A DNA stretch of 64,000 nt, from contig NIVC01001588.1 in the NCBI GenBank assembly GCA_002269645.1, forward strand, positions 1 through 64,000, given 5' to 3'. The notes under the pieces are model-generated. The model made no database searches, was not told the DNA's origin, and saw only the letters and a list, made by a program, of their open reading frames with translations. This stretch comes from Macrostomum lignano (taxonomy: Eukaryota). Shown piece after piece: positions 12,901-25,438 of the stretch (position 1 is the stretch's first letter; every line of letters starts with the position of its first letter). Both the position numbers and the translations under genes were made by a program.

Positions 12901-15900
12901 AGTCGTCTGTAAAGCACCTCTAGATTCGTCCATATAAACTACCTCTAGAGTCCTCTGTAAACCACCTCTAGATCGCCTGTAAGCCACCCCTAGATTTGCC
13001 TGTAAACCACCTAGATTTGCCTGTAAACCACATCTAGAGTCGCCACATGGTTCAACTGGCATTAACAATCGCCCCTTCGAGCCTTCAAATTCCCCTAAAC
13101 CGCCCCTCCAATTGCCGCAGATGGCTGATGCAGCCGGCCAGAAGGAATCCGGCTCCAACACTACCGAAGAGGTCGCTCTCATGTCGGACCTGCGCCGCGC
13201 CTCGGCCCGTGTAGAAGCGCCGCACACCGTGCAATCCGTGGCCGATAGCGTGCGCGCCATGCACAGTCTGGCTGTTAAACTACGCCGCCAACGCTTTTCC
13301 GACGGCGCCCTTCGAATCGATCAGCCGCGTCTGACCTTCCGACTGGCCGAGGCGCCAACCGACGGCGCCGACGCTGGCGCCTCCGCGCCGCCAATCGCAT
13401 TCTCAGTGTACGAGCTGAGAGACAGCAACAGAATGATTGAAGAGTTCATGCTATTGGCCAACTGTTCTGTGGCGCATAAGCTGCGCGACTCTCAGCCAGA
13501 TTTGGCATTTCTGAGGCGCCACATGCCGCCGTCGGAGCGGGCGCTGCAGGCTTTGAAGAAGACTTCGAGTGCTCTGGGAGTGCAGCTGGATGTGGGCTCG
13601 TCTGGCACCCTGCAGGCCAGCCTGGGACAGGTGTGTCCGGAGTGAATTTCAATTATTGATATGGGCCCGCAAACATGCAAGTACTAGAACCATCTCAAAA
13701 CTGACCATAAATCAAAATATCTAACCTACTAAAAATCTCTAAACAGCAAAGCATCTCTCAAAACTGCCGCAAAGCATCTTTAAAAACTTCCCCAAAGTAT
13801 CTCTCAAAACTGCCACAAAGTATCTCTCAAAACTGCTGCAAAGCATCTCTCAAAACTGCCGCAAAACATCTCTCAAATCTGCCGCAATGCATCTCTCAAA
13901 ACTGCCAAAAAGCATCTTTAAAAACTTCCCCAAAGTATCTCTCAAAACTGCCGCAAAGCATCTTTAAAAACTTCCCCAAAGTATCTCTCAAAACTGCTGC
14001 AAAGCATCTCTCAAAACTGCCGCAAAACATCTCTCAAAACTGCCGCAAAACATCTCTCAAATCTGCCGCAATGCATCTCTCAAAACTGCCAAAAAGCATC
14101 TTTAAAAACTTCCCCAAAGTATCTCTCAAAACTGCCGCAAAGCATCTCTCAAAACTGCCGCAAAGCAACTCTAAAAACTGCCGCAAAACATCTCTCAAAA
14201 CTGCCGCAAAGCATCTCTCAAAACTGCCGCAAAGCAACTCTAAAAACTGCCGCAAAACATCTCTCAAAACTGCCGCAAAGCACCTTTCAAAACTGCCGCA
14301 AAGTATCTCTTAAAACTACCCGAAGAAAAATTCTCAAAACTACTAACAAAAGCTTCCCAAACTACCCGTTGAAACTACCCAAAAAGTATCCCACAACCTT
14401 CTTAACCCCAATTTGTTCATCCCATTAAAAACGGCAGGCCGCACAGGTACTGGACTCGGAGCAGCACCTCTGCTTGCTAAGCCTGTGCGCAAAGCAAATG
14501 CAGCTTGCCAAGTACTTCTGCATCGGCTCCGCCAAGCACCCGGACCTGTGGCGGCACTACGCTCTGAATGTGCCGCTCTACACCCACTTCACGTCTCCGA
14601 TACGGCGCTACGCGGATGTTGTCGTGCACAGGCAGCTGTGCGCAGCGGTGTGCAGCGACTCCGGCCTCGAGCTGGACCAGTCTATTGTTCAGCTGGTGCG
14701 GAATTTTGTTATTGTTGTGCTCTGTTTTATCATCCTGCTTGCGCTATGAGTTTTAGTAGTGCTGTTTTTTAGCTAGCTAGCAAGTAAGATTGAAACTGAA
14801 TTTGGTGTTTTAGCTAGCCTACTACTGCAAGTAGAATTGAAATTTTATTTTGTGTTTTAGCTAGTCTACTACTGCAAGTAGGATTGAAATTTTATTTAGT
14901 GTTTTAGCTAGCCTACTACTGCAAGTAGAATTGAAATTTTATTTTGTGTTTTAGCTAGTCTACTACTGCAAGTAGGATTGAAATTTTATTTAGTGTTTTA
15001 GCTAGCCTACTACTGCAAGTAGAATTGAAATTTTATTTTGTGTTTTAGCTAGTCTACTACTGCAAGTAGGATTGAAATTTTATTTAGTGTTTTAGCTAGC
15101 CTACTACTGCAAGTAGAATTGAAATTTTATTTAGTGTTTTAGCTAGCCTACTACTGCAAGTAGAATTGAAATTTTATTTAGTGTTTTAGCTAGCCTACTA
15201 CTACAAGTAGTATTGAAATTTTATTAGTGTTTTAGCTAGCCTACTACTGCAAGTAGTATTGAAAATGAATTTAGTGTTTTAGCTAGCCTACTACTGCAAG
15301 TAGAATTGAAATTTTATTAGTGTTTTAGCTAGCCTACTACTGCAAGTAGCATTGAAATTTTATTTAGTGTTTTAGCTAGCCTACTACTGCAAGTTGAATT
15401 GAAATTTTATTAGTGTTTTAGCTAGCCTACTACTGCAAGTACGATTGAAAAATATATAATATTTATTCTTATCATTAACCCATCCTCATTAATCATTAGC
15501 CTATTATGCAAAGAAGCCAGTTCTTACCTTTAACGTCATGCCACCATAAAACATCTTCAGGCAGAGACTGTTGAGAGCCTAACAGACCAGGCGCAAGTCT
15601 GCAACAAGAAAAAGAAGGACGCAAAAGAGGCCGGCGAGCGGAGCATTGACTTGCACTATGCCGCCTTTGTGATTGCTAACGGCCCCCTAGACGAAGTTGG
15701 CGTTGTTATCGGCGTCCTGGACAAAGCCATGGACGTCCTGCTCACCCGCTGCGGACTGGTGCGCCGCCTCTACATGGACCAGCAGGCGCCAATGCTGCGC
15801 AAGTCGCACGAGTTCAGGGCTGGCGCTGTGCAGGTGGGGTCGGATTAGCCTCTTCCTGCTTTGGCAAACACAACCCAAATCCCCAGTTGCTGGGCCAGCC

Positions 15901-16904
15901 TCCCAGATCCTCAGTTGCTGGGCCAGCCTCCCAGATCCTCAGTTGCTGGGCCAGCCTCCCAGAGTGACGGTTGCTGGGCCAGCCTCCCAGAGTGACGGTT
16001 GCTGGGCCAGCCTCCCAGAGTGACGGTTGCTGGGCCAGCCTCCCAGATCCTCAGGTGCTGGGCCAGCCTCCCAGAGTGACGGTTGCTGGGCCAGCCTCCC
16101 AGATCCTCAGGTGCTGGGCCAGCCTCCCAGATCCTCAGTTGCTGGGCCAGCCTCCCAGATCCTCAGTTGCTGGGCCAGCCTCCCAGAGTGTCAGTTGCTG
16201 GGCCAGCCTCCCAGAGTGACGGTTGCTGGGCCAGCCTCCCAGATCCTCAGGTGCTGGGCCAGCCTCCCAGAGTGACGGTTGCTGGGCCAGCCTCCCAGAT
16301 CCCCAGTTGCTGGGCCAGCCTCCCAGATCCTCAGTTGCTGGGCCAGCCTCCCAGATCCCCAGTTGCTGGGCCAGCCTCCCAGATCCCCAGTTGCTGGGCC
16401 AGCCTCCCAGATCCCCAGTTGCTGGGCCAGCCTCCCAGATCCCCAGTTGCTGGACCAGCCTCCCAGAGTGTCAGTTGCTGGGTCAGTCTCCCAGATCCCC
16501 AGTTGCTGGCCCAGTCTCCCAGATCCCCAGTTGCTGTGCTAGCCTCTCAGATCCCCAGTTGCTGGACCAGCCTCCCAGAGTGTCAGTTGCTGGGTCAGCC
16601 TCCCAGATCCCCAGTTGCTGGCCCAGTCTCCCAGATCCCCAGTTGCTGTGCTAGCCTCTCAGATCCTCAGTTGCCTCCCAAATACAGTCGCACTTGAACC
16701 CCTCTGCAGGGCTGCGGCCAGCTCAGTCTGCACTTCAACGGCTGCCACTCGGCCAGCCACCACCTGACGCTGTGCCCAATGTCCACCATAGAGGTGGTCG
16801 TGTCCAGCTGCCTGAGCAAGGACGACCCCATGCGGCTGAAACTGCTGTTGAAGCCTCCGTCATGCGACCTGTGCGACGACACTCCGGTGGGCACCGGCTG
16901 TTAA
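6905..16904 (+). CDS. DIS3L2: DIS3-like exonuclease 2, copy A (~1080 aa); exons 6905-7555, 8493-8672, 9063-9437, 10477-10929, 11646-11993, 13121-13630, 14438-14695, 15561-15833, 16710-16904
   Basis: Cold-shock domain ([10 protein letters not shown]), RNB catalytic motif [47 protein letters not shown] and [13 protein letters not shown]. There is no PIN domain. All 8 introns are GT-AG and phase 0, and the frame is continuous to TAA at 16902-16904. Confidence 0.93.
7637..7995 (+). mobile_element. tRNA-derived SINE family 1, full-length copy (DIS3L2-A intron 1)
   Basis: A box TAGCCCAGCGG, B box GGCTCGATTCC and 3' TCTAATAAAAA. It is near-identical to the reverse-strand copy at 60546-60905. Confidence 0.88.
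8030..8178 (-). mobile_element. tRNA-derived CORE-SINE (MIR-like) fragment
   Basis: The minus strand has a tRNA head (TAGCCTAGTCG..GGTTCGATTCTC). The plus strand ttttacagctggatgaactgaagcaatgcagagttaagttgtcttgctcaaggacaca resembles the MIR CORE ttttacagatgaggaaactgaggctcagagaggttaagtgacttgcccaaggtcaca (recalled consensus). Confidence 0.65.
8700..9040 (+). repeat. ~34-bp minisatellite, DIS3L2-A intron 2
   Basis: GTGTCGCTAAATGTGTCACTGATCTGTCACTACA units. Confidence 0.9.
9765..10415 (+). repeat. 22-bp minisatellite, DIS3L2-A intron 3
   Basis: GGGCCTATTTCTAACGATAGA(A/G) units. Confidence 0.95.
11055..11440 (+). repeat. 20-23-bp minisatellite, DIS3L2-A intron 4
   Basis: TTTAGTCTGCTG(G/T)AGTGACA(TCA) units. 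Confidence 0.9.
12050..13045 (+). repeat. 22-23-bp minisatellite, DIS3L2-A intron 5
   Basis: CGCCTGTAAACCACCTCTAGAT(T) units. Confidence 0.93.
13740..14315 (+). repeat. ~23-bp minisatellite, DIS3L2-A intron 6
   Basis: CATCTCTCAAAACTGCCGCAAAG units. Confidence 0.92.
14770..15450 (+). repeat. ~45-bp minisatellite, DIS3L2-A intron 7
   Basis: GTGTTTTAGCTAGCCTACTACTGCAAGTAGAATTGAAATTTTATTTA-like units. Confidence 0.93.
15880..16670 (+). repeat. 28-bp minisatellite, DIS3L2-A intron 8
   Basis: GTTGCTGGGCCAGCCTCCCAGA(TCCTCA/GTGACG) units. Confidence 0.94.
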
Positions 16905-17687
16905 ACATCGGCCCTTGCATTTTAACTGATTTTGCATTAGCAACTGAATTCTGCAATAATATATTATTATATCAAGCATTTTCTTTGGTTTTTTGGTTTG
17001 ATAAATTTAATTTGTTTGAAACGTTTTTCTTGTAGAGAATTCGTTCGTTTTTTTCGACTTGACTGGATTTCAATTTTTTTGTCTGATTATTAATTTATCG
17101 CTCTATAGTCTGTATTTGTTTCACTGTTATATCCCGACTTGTTGCACCTTGTGCCAATACAAAACGGCAGCTTACACTGTCATCTAATGCTTCGGTGTAC
17201 TTATTGAATATTTAATTGGCTAGTAGAATATGTGATTAGCAGAACTTCGTTTGTTAAAATGTACTGTTTTGCGAATCAAACTGGTTTTAATGTAAAATTT
17301 CCCTGCTATACTACTTAATTAAATGCAAGTAGTAACTGGTCTCTAAACTGATTCTATTTACTAAGCTATTAGATTCTGAATTTATGCATCTCTTTTAATC
17401 TGCGTCAAAAATTATTGTCTTTCCTTAGAATGTCTTTAGTTGTCATCTCCCCGTAGCTTCAGGTATGTGGCCCTTTTAATATTTAATTTAATTATTCAAA
17501 TGCGTGACATCGATAAGAGCTCTATAGCAACCACTGTTAAATTATATGAAGATTATTATATATTATTAGCGTGCATTGTTTGTTTTCTGTCATCATTTAT
17601 TTAGTTAATTATATTATTATTCTCATTAAGAGTAAGTGCATGATTAAATGACCCTTAGTGCCATTATCTGATTACCTAATTAAGTGA

Positions 17688-18892
17688 CCCAATTACCTGA
17701 GTGAACTTTAGTACAATGATGACTTAATTACCTGAGTGAACTTTAGTACAATGATGACTTAATTACCTGAGTAAACTTTAGTACAATGACACAATTACCT
17801 GAGTGAACTTTAGTACAATGACCCAATTACCTGAGTGAACTTTAGTACAATGACACAATTACCTGAGTGAACTTTAGTACAATGACCCAATTACCTGAGT
17901 GAACTTTAGTACAATGATGACTTAATTACCTGAGTGAACTTTAGTACAATGACCCAATTACCTGAGTGAACTTTAGTACAATGATGACCCAATTACCTGA
18001 GTGAACTTTAGTACAATGATGACTTAATTACCTGAGTGAACTTTAGTACAATGATGACTTAATTACCTGAGTGAACTTTAGTACAATGACACAATTACCT
18101 GAGTGAACTTTAGTACAATGACACAATTACCTGAGTGAACTTTAGTACAATGACACAATTACCTGAGTGAACTTTAGTACAATGACCCAATTACCTGAGT
18201 GAACTTTAGTACAATGACCCAATTACCTGAGTGAACTTTAGTACAATGATGACTTAATTACCTGAGTGAACTTTAGTACAATGATGACTTAATTACCTGA
18301 GTGAACTTTAGTACAATGACACAATTACCTGAGTGAACTTTAGTACAATGACACAATTACCTGAGTGAACTTTAGTACAATGACACAATTACCTGAGTGA
18401 ACTTTAGTACAATGACCCAATTACCTGAGTGAACTTTAGTACAATGACCCAATTACCTGAGTGAACTTTAGTACAATGATGACTTAATTACCTGAGTGAA
18501 CTTTAGTACAATGACCCAATTACCTGAGTGAACTTTAGTACAATGATGACCCAATTACCTGAGTGAACTTTAGTACAATGATGACTTAATTACCTGAGTG
18601 AACTTTAGTACAATGATGACTTAATTACCTGAGTGAACTTTAGTACAATGACACAATTACCTGAGTGAACTTTAGTACAATGACACAATTACCTGAGTGA
18701 ACTTTAGTACAATGACACAATTAACTGAGTGAACTTTAGTACAATGACACAATTACCTGAGTGAACTTTAGTACAATGACACAATTACCTGAGTGAACTT
18801 TAGTACAATGACACAATTAACTGAGTGAACTTTAGTACAATGACACAATTACCTGAGTGAACTTTAGTACAATGACCCAATTACCTGAGTTA
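17688..18892 (+). repeat. 31-34-bp minisatellite between DIS3L2-A and DPF
   Basis: AATTACCTGAGTGAACTTTAGTACAATG followed by ACAC, ACCC or ATGACTT variants. Confidence 0.95.
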
Positions 18893-18994
18893 ACTTCATA
18901 CTTTGAGTCATTTTAGACAACCTAAAATTTGAGCCTTAATGGAACGCAGTTCATCCAAAGTACACACTGTACTTTTCTGCAATAGACCATCTCC

Positions 18995-21900
18995 ATGATT
19001 ACTGGCTCAGCAGCTGCTCACAGCAGTCTACGCGGCTACGCCCTAGAGCGGGGCACCCCGGACTACGAGCGGTTCATCTCGGGCGCCTCGTCGTTCAATA
19101 CCAGCCGACTGCAGTCCAGGCGAGCTCACCTGCCGTATCTGGACCCGGCCTCGGGCGTAGCGCAGAAGCCCTGCCGCCTCTATCGCAGCACCAAGGAGCG
19201 CCTGGCGCCCGATCAGCCGTACCTAGTCTGGCGCTATCCCGCTGCTCGTTGGCTGAAAAAACGCAAACGTGTTGGAGAGAATGGCGCCAACGATTTGGCG
19301 GCTAGCGGGCCGGACTCGGCGGTTGCTATGCAGCAGTTGATGCGGGTGAGTGGGATAAAATGCTTATTTGGGTAAATATTGGGAGTAACTATGCTCGCCT
19401 CGTCATGTAATTAGCAGCAGTCGAGAAACTGTTGCTGTGGTTCTCTGGGGTAAACAGGGAGAGTAACTTGACTGCTTGTAATAACACCGCTGACTCGTCA
19501 TATAATTAGCTATTTAATTGTTGCTCTGTGCCTATCTAATAGCCAATGAAATGCCTCGCCATCTTCAGCAGCACCCCGGCCACCCTCTGGTGTCGCTGAA
19601 TCGCCTGCCCGTCAGCGCCTACGACCCGACCGATTCGGCCAGCAGTCCGGCCGTGCTTGACGGCGACATGCCGTCATCGTCGGCTACGTCGCTTCACCAA
19701 CAGCAACAGCAGCAGTTTATGTCGAATTCGGCTGGCAACGCCGGCGGAGACGACGATTTTTCCGACGCCAATTCCGACTGGGACGACACGTTCGGCTACT
19801 CCGCTGGCAGGGAGGGGGCGGCGGCAGAGGAGGCGAAGGCGGCGGCAAGCGTCGCTACGGCGGTCGGAAAGCTGCCGCTGTTGCCGCCAACGCTGTCGCC
19901 TCCGGTGGCGGCCGACGCCGCGGCGGCGGTGCAGCCAAGGGTTCGTCGTCTCGACGACAGACTTCGCGGAGTTCGTCGGTTCTGTCAATGCCGTCACTTC
20001 AGCCGGAGCTGCCGGTAAGAGTTTTTAGCTGTTCGATAGATTAGCAATTCATTCTACTCTATTCACATTGGCTAGATTAGCAATCCATTCTACTCCATTC
20101 AAATTGGCTGCTAGATTAGCAATCCATTCTACTCCATTCACATTGGCTAGATTAGCAATCCATTCTACTCCATTCACATTGGCTAGATTAGCAATCCATT
20201 CTACTCCATTCACATTGGCTAGATTAGCAATCCATTCTACTCCATTCACATTGGCTAGATTAGCAATCCATTCTACTCCATTCACATTGGCTAGATTAGC
20301 AATCCATTCTACTCCATTCACATTGGCTAGATTAGCAATCCATTCTACTCCATTCAAATTGGCTGCTAGATTAGCAATCCATTCTACTCCATTCACATTG
20401 GCTAGATTAGCAATCCATTCTACTCCATTCACATTGGCTAGATTAGCAATCCATTCTACTCCATTCAAATTGGCTAGATTAGCAATCCATTCTACTCCAT
20501 TCAAATTGGCTGCTAGATTAGCAATCCATTCTACTCCATTCACATTGGCTAGATTAGCAATCCATTCTACTCCATTCACATTGGCTAGATTAGCAATCCG
20601 TTCTGTTCATTCACATTGGCTAGATTAGCAATCCATTCTCCTCCTTTATTCACATTGAATAGATTAGCAATCCATTATGTTCCTTTATTCACATTGGCTG
20701 CTAGATTAGCAATCCATTCTGCTTCTTCATCCTAGCTGGTTTGACGCCATCGCAATAGGCCTTACCAGTAGTTTATGGAGGTTTATTTTCGCGAATAATT
20801 TCAGTGCTCTTCTCCGGTGCTTCAAGAATCTTTTTCTAGTAATGATAATTAGTTAATGTTCAGGTAAACTTTCTATGCTTCAATTCGTTATAAAGTACAC
20901 GTGTACTGTTATAGTTATTATTACAAGCAGCCACCCAGCTTTGTACAATAGATTCTGGCAACCGCCTGTTGTCTCAGTTTGATTGTTAATTCGTTTACTA
21001 CTGCTAGTAATAATAATAATAAATCACGTTTACTGTTTAGTTTTTGCTGTCAAAGTTGAAATTTGCAGAAAGACGAACAAAAACATAATAAACATGATTA
21101 CTAGACAAAATTAAAGTGCATAGCGTACTTGGCAGTCGCGTTCTAGCAACCGTTTTTTTGCTATGATAATGGTTCTACTCATATTTCTAGCAATTGTGTC
21201 CACGCCTAGATTGTAGACTCTCAACTCAACACAAACTTGAGCATTGTCCCATCTGTCTTGTCTGTCTGTCCTGTGGCTTTTGGGTTTTCCATTGTTCGGT
21301 AAAACAAACCAATGGGATTATTTGAATTGCAGTCTAAATATTTTGTTGTTTTCTGCGTCTGTGAAGTGTGCTATTCACCAGCAACAAAACCGGCTCATTA
21401 TCATCAATTCCTAATCTGACTCATTATCACCAATTCCTAATCTGACTCATTATCACCAATTCCTACTCTGACTCATTATCACCAATTCCTACTCTGACTC
21501 ATTATCACCAATTCCTAATCTGACTCATTATCACCAATTCCTACTCTGACTCATTATCACCAATTCCTACTCTGACTCATTATCACCAATTCCTGATCTG
21601 ACTCATTATCACCAATTCCTAATCTGACTCATTATCACCAATTCCTAATCTGACTCATTATCACCAATTCCTACTCTGACTCATTATCACCAATTCCTAC
21701 TCTGACTCATTATCACCAATTCCTACTCTGACTCATTATCACCAATTCCTACTCTGACTCATTATCACCAATTCCTACTCTGACTCATTATCACCAATTC
21801 CTACTCTGACTCATTATCACTAGTTCCTACTCTGACTCATTATCACCAATTCCTACTCTGACTCATTATCACCAATTCCTACTCTGACTCATTATCACCA

Positions 21901-23492
21901 ATTCCTACTCTGACTCATTATCACCAATTCCTACTCTGACTCATTATCACCAATTCCTAATCTGACTCATTATCACCAATTCCTACTCTGACTCATTATC
22001 ACCAATTCCTAATCTGACTCATTATCACCAATTCCTAATCTGACTCATTATCACCAATTCCTACTCTGACTCATTATCACCAATTCCTAATCTGACTCAT
22101 TATCACCAATTCCTAATCTGACTCATTATCACCAATTCCTACTCTGACTCATTATCACCAATTCCTAATCTGACTCATTATCACCAATTCCTAATCTGAC
22201 TCATTATCACCAATTCCTACTCTGACTCATTATCACCAATTCCTAATCTGACTCATTATCACCAATTCCTAATCTGACTCATTATCACTAGTTCCTACTC
22301 TGACTCATTATCACCAATTCCTAATCTGACTCATTATCACCAATTCCTACTCTGACTCATTATCACCAATTCCTAATCTGACTCATTATCACCAATTCCT
22401 AATCTGACTCATTATCACCAATTCCTAATCTGACTCATTATCACCAATTCCTACTCTGACTCATTATCACCAATTCCTACTCTGACTCATTATCACCAAT
22501 TCCTAATCTGACTCATTATCACCAATTCCTACTCTGACTCATTATCACCAATTCCTACTCTGACTCATTATCACCAATTCCTACTCTGACTCATTATCAC
22601 CAATTCCTAATCAATTCCTATTTTATCTGTGTTACCTGCAACGACTCTGAAACGACTCTGGGGCAACGCAAGTGGCTCTGGGATGCTTCTTGGCGTAGGT
22701 ACCGTTTTCATTGGCATTATCACCAATTCCTGAAGCTCTACTCAACCAGGTGTGCGGGTAACTAACCACTAGGGGGGGCAATGCGTGCAGATGCGCCCAA
22801 TGGTCTCCTTTACACTGTTCTGTTAAACCACCAGAAGTGCGTACACACAGCCTTCAACCGCCTCCACCCCCGTCCACTCTCCCAATTTCTGCAACAATCC
22901 AACATGAACTCAGCTCGCCCAGGCCGCCTCTGCTGTTGAGTCCGCATCCGCTTCCGCCGCTTCCACGCCCGGACCTGGCGGCGGCGGCGGCGGCGCTGGC
23001 GGCAACGGCATGGGCGGTGGCGGCAGCGCTTCTTCAATCGGGCCGCCTCAAATCGACGCAGCCGACGCCTCAACTGCGCCGACCTCGGCTGGTGCTGGTG
23101 CTGCTGCTGCTGCTGCTGTAAATATTCCCCCCGGCAACAAGCCGTGCGATCTGTGCGGCGGCAACGAGCATATTATTGTACGAAAAGAAGGCGCCGACTC
23201 ATCGCCAGCCGCCCCGGCTGGTTCATCAGTTGCCATGGCAACCTGCGCCGATTGCGGCCGCTCTGCCCATCACGCCTGCCTGCAGTTCACCGCGGCCATG
23301 GCCTCGGCCAGCACCAACTATCGGTGGCAGTGCATCGAGTGCAAAACCTGCTGGATGTGCGGCACCTCTGAGGACGACGATCAGATGCTGTTCTGCGACG
23401 ACTGCGACCGGGGCTACCACATGTTCTGCTTGAAGCCGCCGCTGACTGAACCGCCCGAGGGTAACTGGTCCTGCAGTCTGTGCGTTGAACAT

Positions 23493-23524
<32 letters not shown>

Positions 23525-23606
23525 TGCTGCCGCTACCGCTGCTTCTACTGCCGCTGCATCTGCTACTTCAACTGCTAGCGCTACTACTGCTCCTGCTAGC
23601 AACTAG
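18995..23606 (+). CDS. DPF: DPF/d4/requiem family double-PHD protein (BAF subunit); exons 18995-19345, 19569-20014 (apparent 1-nt frameshift at G-run 19814-19818), 22914(or 22923)-23606
   Basis: Requiem N-terminal domain ([24 protein letters not shown]) and tandem PHD ([69 protein letters not shown]). The DPF1/2/3 paralogue cannot be assigned. Confidence 0.88.
20035..20720 (+). repeat. 36/39-bp minisatellite, DPF intron 2
   Basis: TTGGCTAGATTAGCAATCCATTCTACTCCATTCACA units. Confidence 0.95.
21395..22615 (+). repeat. 26-bp minisatellite, DPF intron 2
   Basis: CTGACTCATTATCACCAATTCCTA(A/C)T units. Confidence 0.96.
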
Positions 23607-23739
23607 TAGTAGTATCTCTATAGTGCTGTGTAGCTGTTGGCTTTTTGTGTCAGTGTTTTAGTGCTTGATAATACTAGTAGTAGCAAAAAGTCCTGGGTAC
23701 TGGCTGGTCCACTTTGCTGATGGACACTTACTAACCCTG

Positions 23740-24070
23740 CCTCCCGTCTGCCCCAGCCACCCCAACCTCCGGTCTGCCCCACCCCAACCTCCGGTCTACC
23801 CCACCTCCGCCTCCGGTCTGCCCCACCCCGCCTCCGGTCTGCCCCAGCCACCCCAACCTCCGGTCTGCCCCACCCCAACCTCCGGTCTGCCCCACCCCAA
23901 CCTCCGGTCTACCCCACCTCCGCCTCCGGTCTGCCCCAGCCACCCCAACCTCCGGTCTGCCCCACCACACCGGTCTACCCCATCCCCGCCTCCGGTCTGC
24001 TCCACTCCACCTCCAGTCTGCCCACCCCCGCCTCGGGTCTGCCCCACCCCCGCCTTGGGTCTGCCCCACC
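23740..24070 (+). repeat. C-rich ~20-bp minisatellite downstream of the DPF stop
   Basis: CCTCCGGTCTGCCCCACCCCAA-like units. Confidence 0.85.
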
Positions 24071-24784
24071 TAACCTATCCAATCCAATTTTCCAATTTTT
24101 TATATACTATTGCGTAAGTTATCAGTGTGTGCATAGGTATCACAAATTAATGCAATGTCACATTTAATACTACACTATTCCTCCATCTGTCTCACCCGAT
24201 TAGTCATCATACTCTATTTTTAGCCCTAGTAATGAATCATTGCTTTCGGTGGCGTATTTTGTCTGTGTATTCTATTATAAGTTGCGAATGTTGAATTTGT
24301 CCAAAAAGTTTTGCTCATTCGTTTGTGTTCTGTGCTACTAAGTGTACTGCTCTTACATATACTTTTATGCATGGTTGCACCTGTCTATTTGCATCATAGT
24401 AATAATTTTATTAATTGTTGTTATATCTAAACGTGTAAACTGCATTAGTTATTTATTAACAGCGAAATGTCCAGCATATCCGTATATAGTTATTACTATT
24501 ACTAATTGTTATATTGTAATGTTTAAAATGGTTTAATAGTTAAATATATTATCATATAACCTGCAGCTGTTCTATCCCTCATACTCGTAATATTTGACTA
24601 AAGCAATCTGCAGTCATTTAATGCCAAATTATAGGCCTCGTGAACGGACTCGACGCTCTTCTATCTTTCTCTCTTTCAGTAGTTTTAGTTTTTTAGATTT
24701 ATTTTAACGTGTTAGACTTATTTTTAGCTCCCGATATGTTGCGTATAAAAATGTCATCAAGGGAGAGAAGGTGAAAAGAGAGGG

Positions 24785-25200
24785 TCGGAGAGGGAGGTAG
24801 GGTGGGAAAGGGAGGTAGGGTGGGAAAGGGAGGTAGGGTGGGAAAGGGAGGTAGGGTGGGAAAGGGAGGTAGGGTGGGAAAGGAAGGTAGGGTGGGAAAG
24901 GGAGGTAGGGTGGAAAAGGGAGGTAGGGTGGGAAAGTGAGGTAGGGTGGGAAAGGGAGGTAGGGTGGGAGAGGGAGGTAGGGTGGGAAAGGGAGGTAGGG
25001 TGGGAAAGGGAGGTAGGGTGGGAAAGGGAGGTAGGGTGGGAAAGGGAGGTAGGGTGGGAAAGGGAGGTAGGGTGGGAAAGGGAGGTAGGGTGGGAAAGGG
25101 AGGTAGGGTGGGAAAGGGAGGTAGGGTGGGAAAGGGAGGTAGGGTGGGAAAGGGAGGTAGGGTGGGAAAGGGAGGTAGGGTGGGAAAGGGTGGTAGGGGT
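24785..25200 (+). repeat. 18-bp G-rich minisatellite (GGGAGGTAGGGTGGGAAA)n upstream of ATG7
   Basis: About 22 near-perfect copies. Confidence 0.95.
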
Positions 25201-25438
25201 AAAAGGGAAGGTGGTAGGGAGGGAAAGGAGATGCGGTGGGAGAGGGAGAGGGTTAGATAAGTAGGTAGGGGTGGTTTAGTGGAGAAAGGCAGGTGGGAGA
25301 GGGACATGCAAAGGGAGCAGTAGGCGAGAGAAGGGAGGGAGAGATGGGGAAGAAGTGAAACTGGAACAACAAACGATTGCCCGTGACAAAGATCCTTTGC
25401 ATTTACAATTCATGCCTCATTAAGTCTCAATTGCAAGC

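Noticed and set aside
23696-23756. Perfect TACTAAC branch point plus CAG downstream of the DPF stop
   Set aside because: It could mark a 3'UTR intron or acceptor, but the donor is weak and no downstream exon is evident; this cannot be supported without transcripts.
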